This document shows, piece after piece, positions 25,402 through 40,119 of a DNA stretch of 64,000 bases. The notes below the pieces were generated by a model. It was not told the DNA's origin and ran no database searches. It was given only the letters and a program-made list of their open reading frames with translations. How positions within the stretch are numbered: position 1 is the stretch's first letter; each line of letters opens with the position of its first letter. Source of the DNA: Paraspadella gotoi (Eukaryota; Animalia; Chaetognatha). The position numbers and the translations under genes are program-made. Location: contig CM119266.1 of assembly GCA_051294375.1 (NCBI GenBank), positions 10,931,834 through 10,995,833 on the forward strand, read 5' to 3'.

Positions 25402-26728
25402 NNNNNNNNNNNNNNNNNNNNNNNNNNNNNNNNNNNNNNNNNNNNNNNNNNNNNNNNNNNNNNNNNNNNNNNNNNNNNNNNNNNNNNNNNNNNNNNNNNN
25501 NNNNNNNNNNNNNNNNNNNNNNNNNNNNNNNNNNNNNNNNNNNNNNNNNNNNNNNNNNNNNNNNNNNNNNNNNNNNNNNNNNNNNNNNNNNNNNNNNNNN
25601 NNNNNNNNNAGAGAGAGAGAGAGAGAGAGAGAGGATGGAAACCTCGAATTCGTCGACGGAAAAAGAAAAGAAAAGAGAAGAAAATCGGCGAAACAACAAA
25701 GGCGACGATCTCTTCTCTTTTTTTGAAAAGATAGAGAGGAAAGAAAAGAAAGCAAAAAATAGGGGGGGTTAAAGCAAAGCAAATGAAAGCAAGAGAGAGA
25801 AGGAAAAAAAAATCTAAAAAAAAAAGCCTGGGGACTCATCAAAGAGGAAGATTCTCAATTTCCCACTCGGAGGCTAATGGAGGGGGACCCCTTCAAAAAA
25901 GTATCAGGGAGAGACAGAGAGAGAGAGAGAGAGAGACAGAGAGACAGAGAGAGAGAGAGAGAGAGGGAGACAATGAGAAGGAGAAGAAAGAATAGAAGAG
26001 TTGGTTTTAAAAAGGCCTAATCGCTCGGCCAAGCGCCCTTCCCCCTAGCACTCTGCTTCACATTTGATGGCGTCTTCGAAACTCAGCATCGATTCTCTTC
26101 TTTTTTTCCCTTTTCCTTAGTTTTTTCTACTTTCCCCTTTTTACCCTTTTTATCCCTTTTTCTTGTCCATTTAGTCTCTCTTTTGAATTCACTTTTCATC
26201 TTCCTTCGTCAGTTCATCTTCATCGGCTTCCCTTTCCTATTTATCCCAACTTTCTTCTTCATATTTTATTTCCTACCATCTTTAATAAAGACTTTATCTA
26301 GTATTCTTGCATCCGAAATAATCCTTTTTACTTTCCACTTCCTACCGTCCTTAAAATTATTTATTCTCACTTCCTACCATCCTTCATTGTTCCACTTTCT
26401 TTCCCCTTTTTTTTTCAGTGTCTCTAGAAAAAGAAAGAAGATCAAGAATTGGATGCAATGAATATGGAAGAGCGACTTCAGGCTGAACCCGGCCTAAGGG
26501 GAGGGAAAGGNNNNNNNNNNNNNNNNNNNNNNNNNNNNNNNNNNNNNNNNNNNNNNNNNNNNNNNNNNNNNNNNNNNNNNNNNNNNNNNNNNNNNNNNNN
26601 NNNNNNNNNNNNNNNNNNNNNNNNNNNNNNNNNNNNNNNNNNNNNNNNNNNNNNNNNNNNNNNNNNNNNNNNNNNNNNNNNNNNNNNNNNNNNNNNNNNN
26701 NNNNNNNNNNNNNNNNNNNNNNNNNNNN

Positions 26729-26760
<32 letters not shown>

Positions 26761-26990
26761 AAGCTCCCTCAGGCGGCGACGGCGGTATAGCGAGATGGAG
26801 AGGAAATGTGAGTGGGAGAGAGAGAGTGGGAATAAGAGCGGAGGAATGAGATGGAGAGTGAGAGGGAGTGATAATCAGAGAGAGAAAGAGAAAAAGGGTG
26901 AGAGGGTTTTCTCTCAGTCGGATGGATTCTTTGATAATTAGTTTTTCCCCATTTCCTTCCTCTCGCTTCCTCGCGCTGTCTCGATCGCTC

Positions 26991-27071
<81 letters not shown>

Positions 27072-30000
27072 GTTCGATGTTGTGAAATTTCAAAGCGGTC
27101 GCGGAATCAGGTAGAGAGTGAGGTGAAAGAGCTGGCTCGATCGATCGATCGAATGACGAGAGAAAAATGTCTGATTTAAAAATCAAGTTTTGAAGAAATG
27201 AGAGAAAAAGAAAGACAGCGCAAAAGCGACTACGCGAGAAATCAACAGCCAACTAGTTCACCTTTTACTACCTAACACACTNNNNNNNNNNNNNNNNNNN
27301 NNNNNNNNNNNNNNNNNNNNNNNNNNNNNNNNNNNNNNNNNNNNNNNNNNNNNNNNNNNNNNNNNNNNNNNNNNNNNNNNNNNNNNNNNNNNNNNNNNNN
27401 NNNNNNNNNNNNNNNNNNNNNNNNNNNNNNNNNNNNNNNNNNNNNNNNNNNNNNNNNNNNNNNNNNNNNNNNNNNNNNNNNNNNNNNNNNNNNNNNNNNN
27501 NNNNNNNNNNNNNNNNNNNNNNNNNNNNNNNNNNNNNNNNNNNNNNNNNNNNNNNNNNNNNNNNNNNNNNNNNNNNNNNNNNNNNNNNNNNNNNNNNNNN
27601 NNNNNNNNNNNNNNNNNNNNNNNNNNNNNNNNNNNNNNNNNNNNNNNNNNNNNNNNNNNNNNNNNNNNNNNNNNNNNNNNNNNNNNNNNNNNNNNNNNNT
27701 CTCTCTCGTTCTCGCGTTTTTCGCTCGCTCTTTTCGTCTTGATGATGATGCACCTCTCATCTGGAAAAAAGGCTCGAGAAAATAAAAGAGGGGGAAGAAA
27801 GAAAAAGGGGGAAGGTATTTAGAGGGAGAGAGATGAAAGGAGAAAGGAGGAGGTAGTATTGGAGAGATAGGAAGAGAAAGAGAAAAGAGGGGATATTAAA
27901 AATGGAAAAGAAAGAATGAAAGTAGGAAAAAAAATAAAAGAAAAATATAAGGGAGTAGAAAAAAAAAGAAAGTTAAGAAAAAAAAAGGAAAGATGGATTA
28001 AAGGAGGAGAAAATAAAAAAAAAGGAGATAAGGGGCGGGAGGGAGGACGCCATCCCGCGAAATGATTCCGCCCAAGACCAGGTGCGCCATTTACATGCCT
28101 AGAATCCCAACCCTGCCGGGAGAATGATATGGTGATTCCTCCCTTCGAGAGGCGCTACTTTCGGAGAAGAGNNNNNNNNNNNNNNNNNNNNNNNNNNNNN
28201 NNNNNNNNNNNNNNNNNNNNNNNNNNNNNNNNNNNNNNNNNNNNNNNNNNNNNNNNNNNNNNNNNNNNNNNNNNNNNNNNNNNNNNNNNNNNNNNNNNNN
28301 NNNNNNNNNNNNNNNNNNNNNNNNNNNNNNNNNNNNNNNNNNNNNNNNNNNNNNNNNNNNNNNNNNNNNNNNNNNNNGAGAGAGAGAGATGCCCTCACTT
28401 CACTCTTCGTCGATTCATTAAAACCAGAGACTAATATCGTCGGGCGCAGAGAAGTCGTCGTTAACCGTCGGTTTCAAAAAGCTTCACCATTTCGTCGACG
28501 TTGTCGTCGTTTTCGTCGTCTCTGCAACCATCGTCGTCGTCGTCGTCGTGCTCTTTTCCATCGTCGTNNNNNNNNNNNNNNNNNNNNNNNNNNNNNNNNN
28601 NNNNNNNNNNNNNNNNNNNNNNNNNNNNNNNNNNNNNNNNNNNNNNNNNNNNNNNNNNNNNNNNNNNNNNNNNNNNNNNNNNNNNNNNNNNNNNNNNNNN
28701 NNNNNNNNNNNNNNNNNNNNNNNNNNNNNNNNNNNNNNNNNNNNNNNNNNNNNNNNNNNNNNNNNNNNNNNNNNNNNNNNNNNNNNNNNNNNNNNNNNNN
28801 NNNNNNNNNNNNNNNNNNNNNNNNNNNNNNNNNNNNNCCTTCTTTTCGCTTTTTCCCCTTTTTTATTCCTTTTTCTTCTTTACTCTCCTTTTCTTTTTTC
28901 TCCTTTTTCCTTCTCATTCCTCCCTTTTCGCTTTTTCTTCTTCCCTTAATGGAAAGAGACTCCGGAAAATCCATGTCGGCAGCGATATTTTTCATTGACT
29001 TACCTCAGGTGAGGTGAGGATTGAGAAAGAGAGAGAGAGAGAGGAAAGCGATTCGAGAGTGTGGTTTGGCTGGATCTGGCTTTTTTTGTGGATTTCCCCC
29101 AACGCCTCTTTCGCGCCTCCGACAAAAAGTAACAAAAGTGCATCGAGAGACAATGAAAAGAAGAAGCAATAAAAGGGGAAAAAAAAACGTTGATGAAAAT
29201 CAATGTATATGTATTAATTCCCTTGAGCTATAAAGAACATGAACCAAGAAAGAGGCTGCGATGAAAACCGAAGATATAAAAAGTCGAGCCTTGAAAGAAA
29301 GACAACGAAAGGGAANNNNNNNNNNGAGGTAAAGGGGCAAAGGCTCTTTGAACCCGAGAAGGATGAATAAAGGAGGTTAAAAAGGTTAACTCACTTGTTT
29401 CGCGAGGAGTAAAGCTAGACAAATGAACAAAAGGGAAAGGATTTTTTTTCTCTCTTATTCTCGCTAGAGGCGCAGGGCGTTTGACGTATGCGATTCTTTC
29501 GGCATTTTTTTTTTCTCGGTATATTAGTGACATGGGCGACATTCAGGGAAGTAAAATTTGTTGAGAAAGCTGCTTGAAAATACATGGTGACCGGTGATGC
29601 TTGGCTTTAATCCTTTCGATAACGACGATGAGTGTTCTAGACGTTTCTTGGCATTAGACGGTAGACAGAGACTTGACGTTACATGTAAATAGTACATGTA
29701 AATGTGAAGCATAATGTGAAGCATAATTTTGTGAGCTTATAAATTTCTTGGAGAGAAATTCTAAATGTGAAAGATGATTGAGATATTGAGTATTTCCTAT
29801 GAGGAGTTGACTCTTTCGAAGGTCTCAAATAAGCGAGAAAGACGTCATCATCAAACCGCGTCAAACGTCATTATAAAGACGAGAGGCCGCTGAGCGAGCA
29901 TCGATGTTAGGGAGGGGGAAGGGCGGGAGTAGAGGCGCGGCGGGGCGATAGATGGTAGGTAGAGGCGTGAGCGGCGCTCTGCGGCCCCGTCGAATATTAC

Positions 30001-30330
30001 GGTCTTCGCCAATGAGTCGTGGGGAGAGGAAGAAATCAAAGAAGAGAGTGGGACAGAGAGAGAGAGAGAGGAGAGAGCAGAGCAGGAGAGCGAGAGAAAG
30101 AGTGAGACGAGAGGAGAGAGAGATTGAGAGTGAGAGAGAAGACGAAGCGTAAGCGGCGAATGAGTGAAATATTCAGGCGGGCACGGGCCGCGAAGGAGGA
30201 TAAACCACCATTTGGGTGAAGAGCAAATGGGGATCGGGAAAGAGGAACTTCCATCATGTTTATATGAATATATTGCAGGAGAGGGAATATATGAGAGAGA
30301 GAGAGAGGATGAGACGAGAGGAGTAGAGAG

Positions 30331-30370
<40 letters not shown>

Positions 30371-31307
30371 AGAGATAAGGAGAGAGAAGAGATTCGAGGA
30401 GAGAGGAGACATGAGAAAGAGAGAGAAAGATAGCAGAAGTCCGATATTGCGCTCTGCCAAACGATGACGAATGTCTGATATGATCCGCGGCCGATTTGGA
30501 TTGGGTACTACGCTTCTCTTTTCGGTGCGAGTCATTATTTTGCCGGAAATAACGAAACTCTAGTAGATAGAATGTAGCGAGTAGGGGGGGCAAGAATATA
30601 TTATGCCAAAAAATATTAGGTATTCCGAAGAGAGTGCAGTATCGTCGATGTGTGACTGTGCGTCGTTCGTTGGCGTGCTTTGTTTTGCAAACAAAAAACA
30701 ACAGACGTGGGAATCGCCCAACAGCACATCGCAGCTTTCCGCAAAACGGAAAACGGAAAATGATGCGACGACGACAGAGCGACGACGAGCGACGACGCGA
30801 CGACAGACAGATATGGAGACCCTCTTTGATCTCCGTATCGACAAGTAGACGAAGGAGGGAAGAAAGAAGCGAGAAATAAGAAAGTAAACAAAAGGCCAAA
30901 AAAAAAAAGGATATAAAAAAATGAGAACAGAAAAAAAAAAGAATAATCACTGCGCCGCGTGCCCATGGCAACTCGCCTCAACTCACGAGGCCGTCGAACG
31001 CGCATTACTAGCAAGGGCTTTCCGCGCGAGAGGGGGAAACGAGGAAAAGCGAGAGAATGAAGAGAGAGAAGAATGGAGAGGGAGAGAGTCAAGAGAAGAA
31101 AGAGAGAGGAAGATGAGAGAGAGACGATGACATCGACTGACAGAAGGGACATCGTATTTCGAAAGACAGAAGGAAACAAAAAAAAGTTCTCGCAAGAATC
31201 GGATTGGAGAAAGACGATCAAAAAAAGAGAATCCAGGTCTCACTCTCTCTCTCTCTCTCGTCCTTATCTCCTCTCTCTTCTCTCTCTCTCTCTCTCTCTC
31301 CTCTTCG

Positions 31308-31340
<33 letters not shown>

Positions 31341-33107
31341 GTCTCTCTCTCTCTTGAGACAGAGCACGCGGGAAGCTCAGCGCGCGAACAAGAATCCCAC
31401 GACGCGAGTGCGACGACGAAGGGTAAAGAATAAAGCCTCCAAACATCTGCCAGATTAAAAACTCGGCGCGACGAAGAGGAAATTCAATCTTGTGGTACGC
31501 AACGCGCGAGGAGGACCGGTGATAGAGTAGGGCGAGGGGGGGGCGTGGCGAGCGGCGAAAAAGAGCGTGGCCGCCTTCCTGTTGATGGAGAGCATGCTTT
31601 CGCTTAAAGCTCGTCGCGGTGCGATATGGGCGGGTTGATTTAGAGAACGCATTCCAAAAATTTAATTTGCATGTTGCCGTTTTTGAAAATTTCGAAACTT
31701 TTACAATTTTTTTAAATGAATCGTTGATTATAGGACAGAGACGAAACGAAGACGTTTTCGAAGGAAAGGTTTAACGAAAGAACGATTGAATGAAAAGAAT
31801 ACCGGGCTTGTATTGCATGAAAAGCCTTACTGCCATTTACTAATTTATTACTATTTATTAATTTCATAATTTATAGCACACCACTGCCTCAAGACAGCTA
31901 GAAATCTTCTGGACCAAATCCAAACGTACTCATTTGATTAACCTTTATTAGAAGAACTCAAAGTTCAACAAGATTTCGACGCTGCACCCCCAACCATACA
32001 ACCCCCGTCAAACGCGACCCCCGACCGCGCGAGCTGCTTCGTCGCTTCCTTCTTTCTTCGGCCCAGAGGCGCTCATCCGTGGGCGTCGGAGCGGGGGCGA
32101 TGATGGACCGCTGCCGGTTCGCGCCCCGGACGGAAGACTTTTCTTGGCTCAGAAGAATCGAGAGTCAGAGAGGCGTGGGAGGGAGTCCTTGTTGGTTGCT
32201 GATGGTCGGAGGTATTTGCGCAATGATGACTGGGAATTGTTTCTTTGCGAACGGCGCGGAACAGTCGACGAAATTCAGGAATTGAACTATTTTCGTAGTA
32301 AATAACCAAACAAGGAAGGATATTAAAAGTTTAAAAAAAAAAAAAAACCCAATTAAGATTTACGCTAAGGAATCCTCGCTTGACGTTTCATAACCGACAA
32401 TTAATGATTTTTTATGTGTCAAAAACATCAGAATTTAATGAGGCGACGCGACGCGCTACGGAGAACATCTCTACTCATTAAAAACGTATTCAACCTTCAA
32501 TCTTCGTCGAAGCTAAACCCAATTAAACCCAATTAACCATTAACCATTAACGATTACTAATGGTCCATTAGCCATCACCTTTGCTGTCGCGAATTCAATC
32601 ATGTATTGATTCTTATCGACACAACGGGAAAGTCCGTGATTTCCGCGTCAATTTTTCAGATTTTCACAGGCAACATTCTCGTGACATCACCATTCACGGG
32701 AATCGAGAACATCGTTCGGGATTCGCTGTCAGACTCGATGACAAATGACACTTACCTTTTGTGACGAATTGAGTGAGGCGAGGGGGAGGAGGAGAAAGAG
32801 GAGGGAGGAGAAAAATAAAATTAGAATTATTTAATCGATATGGTTATCATATTCATATAATGTTTATTCATTATCAGAAAACTATACACAGTACCTAGTA
32901 AATATTATATACTACGTAAAACCAGTGGCTTTTTATGGACTTTTTTTGGCCCGCCCCAATTTCTATACACAATGTCCATTACCGCCATATCAAATTATAC
33001 CCCCAAATTTCGTTTTGAAGTGAGATTTTTTCGTCGTTTCTTTTCTTTCGTCAAGTCACCGCCCTGCCAAGATTAGACACTCTCCTCCAGGGTAGGAAGC
33101 GTCATTC

Positions 33108-33140
<33 letters not shown>

Positions 33141-36087
33141 NNNNNNNNNNNNNNNNNNNNNNNNNNNNNNNNNNNNNNNNNNNNNNNNNNNNNNNNNNNN
33201 NNNNNNNNNNNNNNNNNNNNNNNNNNNNNNNNNNNNNNNNNNNNNNNNNNNNNNNNNNNNNNNNNNNNNNNNNNNNNNNNNNNNNNNNNNNNNNNNNNNN
33301 NNNNNNNNNNNNNNNNNNNNNNNNNNNNNNNNNNNNNNNNNNNNNNNNNNNNNNNNNNNNNNNNNNNNNNNNNNNNNNNNNNNNNNNNNNNNNNNNNNNN
33401 NNNNNNNNNNNNNNNNNNNNNNNNNNNNNNNNNNNNNNNNNNNNNNNNNNNNNNNNNNNNNNNNNNNNNNNNNNNNNNNNNNNNNNNNNNNNNNNNNNNN
33501 NNNNNNNNNNNNNNNNNNNNNNNNNNNNNNNNNNNNNNNNNNNNNNNNNNNNNNNNNNNNNNNNNNNNNNNNNNNNNNNNNNNNNNNNNNNNNNNNNNNN
33601 NNNNNNNNNNNNNNNNNNNNNNNNNNNNNNNNNNNNNNNNNNNNNNNNNNNNNNNNNNNNNNNNNNNNNNNNNNNNNNNNNNNNNNNNNNNNNNNNNNNN
33701 NNNNNNNNNNNNNNNNNAGAGAAGAAGAGAGAGCGAGAGAGAGGAGGGACAGATGCAGGAGACTGAAGACGAGAGAGCAGAGGATGAGACGCGATCGATG
33801 CCCTTTTATGGGCCGTCTCTCCTCATCCGGGGACGCATTCTTCGTCACAAACAAGAGCTTTGCGTAACGAGGGAGATGAGAAGTTCCATCATATCAATTT
33901 GCGCCAGTTACTTACTCGACGTATGAGTTCCTGGGAAGCGCTCAGGAACGACGCGGCTAAGTCGGAGAAAAAAGAAGGAAAGAAAGAGGAGAACAGAAGA
34001 GTAAGAGAGAGAGAAAGGAACTGAGAGGAGAGAGAGAGAGGAGAGAGACGAGAGAGAGAGAGAGCGAGTAGAGAGGAGAGAGAGAAAATATTTCACCTCA
34101 AAGAAACAAATGACATCGTAAAGAGAAAATAGCCAAGAAACATCAGAAAAAATCGTTGTTGACAAAAAAAAGCTGAGCCGATGAATTGTATCGCTGCTTT
34201 GTTGCTGCAAGTCTCATTCAGCACCAGGAAGTGACACGAACAAAGTTAAAGAGAGAGAGAGTGAGCGAAAGACTCACAACCACAAATATTTGTACTTTAT
34301 AGTCTGAAAACAGGCCGAAATGTTTTCTTCAGGTAAAAAGAAAATGGCGTCTGAAGTCTGCGTCGAAACGCGTCGCACGGATTTCTGGCGGAAATGCTCC
34401 GCAGCAGCCCGCGGCGGAAGCGGGGGGGGAGAACAGGGGGAGACGAGACTGCGCCGGGACGGCGGCTGCGGCGTGCGGCGGCGCCAGCCCGGGGTTTCCG
34501 CTTCGCCGCCTTCGGGACGGCGACTCTATAATTTATTCATAAGCGACGGGGAAGAAAACGGATGAAGTTTTCGGAGGGAGAAAGTTAGGAGGAGGTAAGC
34601 ATGGGAGGGTAAGGGGAGGGGCGGGGAAGCGGAATAAAAAACCAGAGGCAACACAAGGTAAGGAGAAAGGGTAAGGTCGCCGGTCCCCTCGGAATTCTTG
34701 TTTTGTTTTTGTTTGTTTTTCTTCTCTTCGCCTTCGACTTCGGAAAAACAAAAGGCTCCATTCTCGCCGCGCCCACTCTGTCTCTGTCCGGGACTTTGGC
34801 GCTCCGTCTCCCTTTTCTTATCTTCCTTCTCCTTCCTTTTCTTCCTTTCCTCTCTCCCCCCCCCAAGGCGGAGGAGGAAGAGGAGTCGGAGGAGGAGTGC
34901 ATAAATTCGATTTGGGACTGAATGAAGGTGAAAGCCGAATCGGATCATCTTTTCCTCCGGCAAAAAAAAAAAAAAAGGATAAAAAAAAATGGTGGCGCCC
35001 ATTTTCTCCCCGAATTCACTTCCGGTCTTTCACGGTTTCCGTCATCGAGTGACGGCGACTGTTTCGTGAATTTGTGTAACTTTGTTCGTTTTAAAATCCA
35101 GCGTCACGATTTGGTGACGCTTCGTTACGTACGGAAATAAAGATGAGGATGAAGATAACGACGATAACTTTTAGGAGACGAAAAATAAAGATTTCTTCTC
35201 TGCATTCTTTTTAGTTACGTCCAGTTATAAAGCATGAGGCTTTCTTTCTATAGACGGGGGCGGTTTAAAATACCGTTACGTGCTCGCGGTCTCCGTTATT
35301 TTTCAGATGACATTATCGTTCAATTCGGATATCGTAATCCCGATTCGCGCGTAATAGAGTCGTCGAATAGGGACCTTCGAACAACCGGTAATTTTCTCGA
35401 TGCAATGACTCACTTCTCCCGATGCAGTCAGTGCCCATCCCATCCCAGTCCGTCCCCCCGAATGCAGTCATTCCTCGTCGCTCGGGGGCTGATTGTTATT
35501 TCCGCGTCGTTGAGAGTCAATCAAGTCGGAAATTGTCGTCGACATCTCGGCCAAAAGTCGGGATGAAGAGAGGGTGAGAGTGAGGGTCGAAATAGGATCA
35601 CTCTTCTCTGTCTCTCTGTCTCTCTCTCTCGTTTTCTTCTAAGCAAGGCGTCTCGTAACTTTCGCTACGTTTGATTTCTTTCTTCGTAAAAAAAGCCGCT
35701 GTGGCGAAAAGGGGATTCAAAAGTAACCTTTAGTTGGATATCTTTGTTGATGAAGGTACAAAATGACACAGATAATAAAAATCCAAAATCAAACGTTGTT
35801 TGTTAAAATTCGATTCGATCATGGTCATTGGTCGGTCAGTCATTTTGACGTCGCTAGTTTTTCTGTACTCGAGGGAGCGGACTTTCGCCGTCGCTTCGAA
35901 GTCGTCTCCTCGCGCAATAAACTTTACCGTTGACGCCTTGAACTTCAAAACTCGAGGCCAAAGACAGAGAGTGAGAGAGTGTGAGAAAGGGAGAGAGAGA
36001 TAGAAAGAGAGAGGGACAGAGAGAGAGACGTCATAAAAAGCTCGCTCTTCGTTTGCATACGTTGCCCGCGGCAGAGAGGGCAGTGGC

Positions 36088-36123
<36 letters not shown>

Positions 36124-36148
36124 NNNNNNNNNNNNNNNNNNNNNNNNN

Positions 36149-38136
36149 CTCTCTCTCTGCACGTTCATGCGGGTCGGATCTCTCTTTTGGCCTTCTCTGT
36201 GCAAAATGAATGCGGAAAAAATTTTCTAAAAGGATTATCACCTTCGCTTAACTGGCCCGCCACTGAAAAAAAACCAAAAAAAAAAGATAACCTGCCCATC
36301 AACGTCCTTGAGCCTGCGCCTAATTCCTCGTTTGGAGCAGCTCTTTCTCTTCTTCTCTCCTCATCTCCTTTCTATTCTTTTCTTCTCTGGTTCGGCGTCT
36401 CTCCTTCTCATTCTGGTTCGTGTCATCTCTCTTCTACTTATTTCTTCTTTCTCTTCTCTCTCTATGCTCTTCGCTATCTCTTTCCTTTGATAGGACTCTC
36501 TCTATATTTGGTTTTTTATAGAGTGCAGTTTACTATAATTTATGCTGAGTGGTTAGTCATTAGCGGTCATTTCGCTCGTTGTGTGGGTCTTGGTTGTATG
36601 TTACTTGTTAGGAAGAGTTTTAGTCGTTTTTGCTTTTATTAGGCATTCTCTGACTTCTTCTAGTTCTGAATTCTTATACATTCTTATTATCATAATTTAT
36701 TTTTTTTCTTTTTTTTCGTCGCTCTCTCTTTTTTTTTTTTCTCTTTTTTTTTCTTTTCCACCTTTTATATGCTTTCTTAGCGGTGTAGTGCATAGCCGCC
36801 TGCCTCCGCCGTCGGTAGCCACTCGGACGCCCTTTTTCAATCTTAGTCGGGCGTATTCCGGGATCCCATGCCGCTTCGCCGCCGAAGACATTAATTAATC
36901 ATGAGGCCTACCTCTCTACTGCTTGGCACGGCTTATCATTTTGTCAAATTACGTGAGCACTCTCTGCCGCCAATTATAACCTATGGCAGAACGGAATGCG
37001 TCCGTGCTGTCCATGTGACGCATCACGGTGCAAAGGTTCAAGGATCAACTGCTGCTAGTACGTCGCTGCTGGCGGTGGTCAAGTTTCTCCGCGTCGTCAC
37101 TCTTGGATATACGGTGTCATAAGCATCCGAAATCTGCGTTCTAAAATTTGTCTCTTAGTTGCTCTTTCACTTTTTTTCTCTGCGTCGTCTTCTCTTACTT
37201 TCTTTGTCGAGTTTCGTGCATTTCTAGTTCGCGGCGTGCCGTGGTCGAGGGGCGGTCGCAGGAGTTCTGTCTGCGAGCAGTATCCATTGGCTGCAGTTGG
37301 TTGTTGATTTAATTCTCCGTATATTTCCCGTCAAATTCTTACGGATTCTGATGCGGCGTTGGTGAGCATAGGAGTTGTTCCGATGTGCGCGCTGTTGTGT
37401 TGCATCGCAAGCCAAAGATGGAAGCGTCGAGGTGTCACAAAAGGAGTCGTGTTTTCACAGAATGGCTGGTTTATGCATTGATTTACAGAGCGAGTGTGAG
37501 GAGAGATGAGGTTGTAGTGCGCGGGAGGGAGTGATAGAGCGACTAATGGTAGAAGATAAGTATTGAGGCGTATAGAGGACAAGGTGGAGAATATGTAAAT
37601 GTAGTTCAAAGAGAGGGAGAGAGTGTCGAGGAGCAGAAGAGATGGAGCGAGAGAGATATGAAGACTGCCATAGTCAGAGGGGAGATGGAAGCGAGAGAGA
37701 GGAGGAGGAGATGAGATATGAGAAAAGAGAGCGAGAGAGAACGAAGAGAGAGGAGGAGAGAGGTCGCCGGTCGGTTCCAATAAGCTAAGGACGTGGCGTT
37801 ATCGAGCGTCTCTTCGCGCGGAGGCCAGCTGGACATTCGGGGGTGGCCAGCTGGACATGGCGGGCAGCCATGGACATATCGGACGCCGCTGGAGAGGAGG
37901 TGCGGCATGCGCTATGTCTGGATCATTTTACGGGCGAGTTGGCTGTGTTGAGCGCGCGCGATTCGGTCGTCGGGGTTCAGCGAAGACGGTGTCGGGGGTT
38001 GGTGATGGGTTTGTGGGGAGGGAGGCGAGGGTGCCGGGATTTTTTGTGGTGTTTGTTATTATGTTGCTCGGGCGGGGGCGGGCATGGATGTTATGGATTG
38101 GTGCATTATATGCTTGTTCGTAGCTGAGGCGAGATC
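36149..38136 (+). repeat. Left arm of a 1,988-bp apparently exact inverted repeat
   Basis: ORFs in this arm have identical antisense twins with coordinate sum 78256 (e.g. 36308/41948, 37857/40399). The arm starts right after the 25-N gap at 36124-36148. Confidence 0.95.
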
Positions 38137-40119
38137 GAATTGAGAGTGTGGGGTAAGGTCGCCACTCGTCTGTGCGTTGTTGCTTGGCGCCGGCGGGTTT
38201 TGGAGTGAGTCTACCAGCCCGTTATCAATATGCGTCTTTTATTCTCGCTTCCTTGCGAATCTCACGATGGCGTCAGTGTTTCATCGACGAATATTCGTAT
38301 TTTCAAGTAATTCTCATTATCCATCGATCCGTCGAACGCATGATCGTAAACGAGGGCCGGACTTTTCTTGTTTAAATGATTTTAGGCAAGGTATAGAAAG
38401 GAATCATGTAACGATCCTCAACCAGGAACCTAAAATTATTTATACTGAATATTAACATTGAACAGAAATATTTTTTGCGTTTTCCCGAGGTTATTTGCTG
38501 GAACACGCGCGCCGGGTGCATGGTCGTACCATGTGCTCAAGAATATTTTTAACCTTCATATGGTGTAGAGTAAACTTCCGCTAACAACCGCAAACGGTCC
38601 AAGACACCCTCATGGCGAGCGCTCTTTCACGCTCGGCCAGGCGTGAAGTTCGGCCCTCGCAAAGAAAAAATAGATACGTCACTCACAGCGAAAAATGAAG
38701 ACGATGATATCATCATCAACAGGCGTTCCCTATCTAACATTCTCATAAGGCCAAAACCCGCCCATTTCTCTTTCTTCTTTCCTCGCCCACTCCGACGAAA
38801 GAGGAAGGGGGGAAGGAAACTTGGGGATAGAGAGGAAATATATATATATATATCGAGAAAACAGAGGGAGCGGAAAAGAAGGAGAAGGAGGAAGAGGAGG
38901 AAGGGGGGGTTTCCTCCAAGGACGCAGGCCGACTAAAATGACTTTCGGCGTAGAGACCATTTTTTATTCTTTCGTTGTGACTTTTACCTTTTGGTCGACG
39001 AGTTATGGGTTTTCTTTAAGGGGCGACTCGTAATTTAGGGTCCTCGTTCTCCTTCTCTCGCGGTGTGGTTTCTCGGCGAGGCGCGCGCCTGTCCTCTGCT
39101 CGTCTCTCTGCTCTCTCTGCTCTCTCTCTCTCTCAGTCTCTCGTCTCCGGGCATCTCTTCTCTCGGTCTCGGGCTTGCGATCATCTCTCTTGGCAAATGG
39201 GAGCCGCAATTTCTTTCTTTTTTTTTTCCTTTTCTCCCACCTCCATCCATCCCTTTCCAGTGTCCCTTGTTCGCGACCTGCCGAATGGGAGAAAAGAGTC
39301 ATTAGAAATCAAAGGGATACGGGGGAAGAAGAAGAAAACTGCGCGCGGCAGAAAGAAAAAAACAAGGGCAATTCGAAGTCGTTAAGGTTTAGTTTTTTCA
39401 CGGCAAATTAAACGACTGGGAGTTGGGCAGGAACGAGGCAAGAAGACAAGACGAGTTCGAGGGAAAAAATGATAAAAGGGGGAAGGAAGTGGCCAACGTG
39501 CGATGAATGTTGTACAAGAGAAAAAGATGGGAAGCAGCTTTTTAGGTCAGTTTTATATTTCGAGTGTCATTAGGCGCACCGTTTATATCAGCCTCCCTGC
39601 CTTCCGCCTCGATACATGACCCCTTTTTCATCTTAGTGCTATTCCGAACCTCCCTTTCTCTCAAACATTATTAACATAGTTTTCGTCTACCCATACTGAC
39701 GTCATTTTTCAAAATTAAGAACTCTGCCAAATAACCAATCAGCGAACGACGTGCTGTCATGGACCAATCAGTAAGGTTCAAAGGATCAACTGCTGCTGCG
39801 GCAGGAAACGTGTCAAAGCATCGAAAGGAAATGTTAGGCTCTGGGATTCACAACGTTAGAGGTTGTTTGATTAATCCGAATTCCGGTCAAATTCACGGAC
39901 TTCGATGCGCTGGACATAATTTTGTCACCGATGTGGGTGTTGTGGTTATTGCATTCGCAAGCCAAAGTGACGCAGGTGTCACAAAAGTCCTTTTCAAAGA
40001 ATGCTGATGATTTCACATTGAAAAATTTGTTATTACCAGTATACTATGTATATATTAAGCTATAAACAAGAAAGAAAGAGTCAAAGAGAGAGTAAGAGTG
40101 TCAGAGGGAGAGAGAGAGA

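Noticed and set aside
30036-31458. ORFs rich in ER/RE or LS/SL, including the 311-aa minus-strand ORF
   Set aside because: Translations of (GA)n/(TC)n microsatellites.
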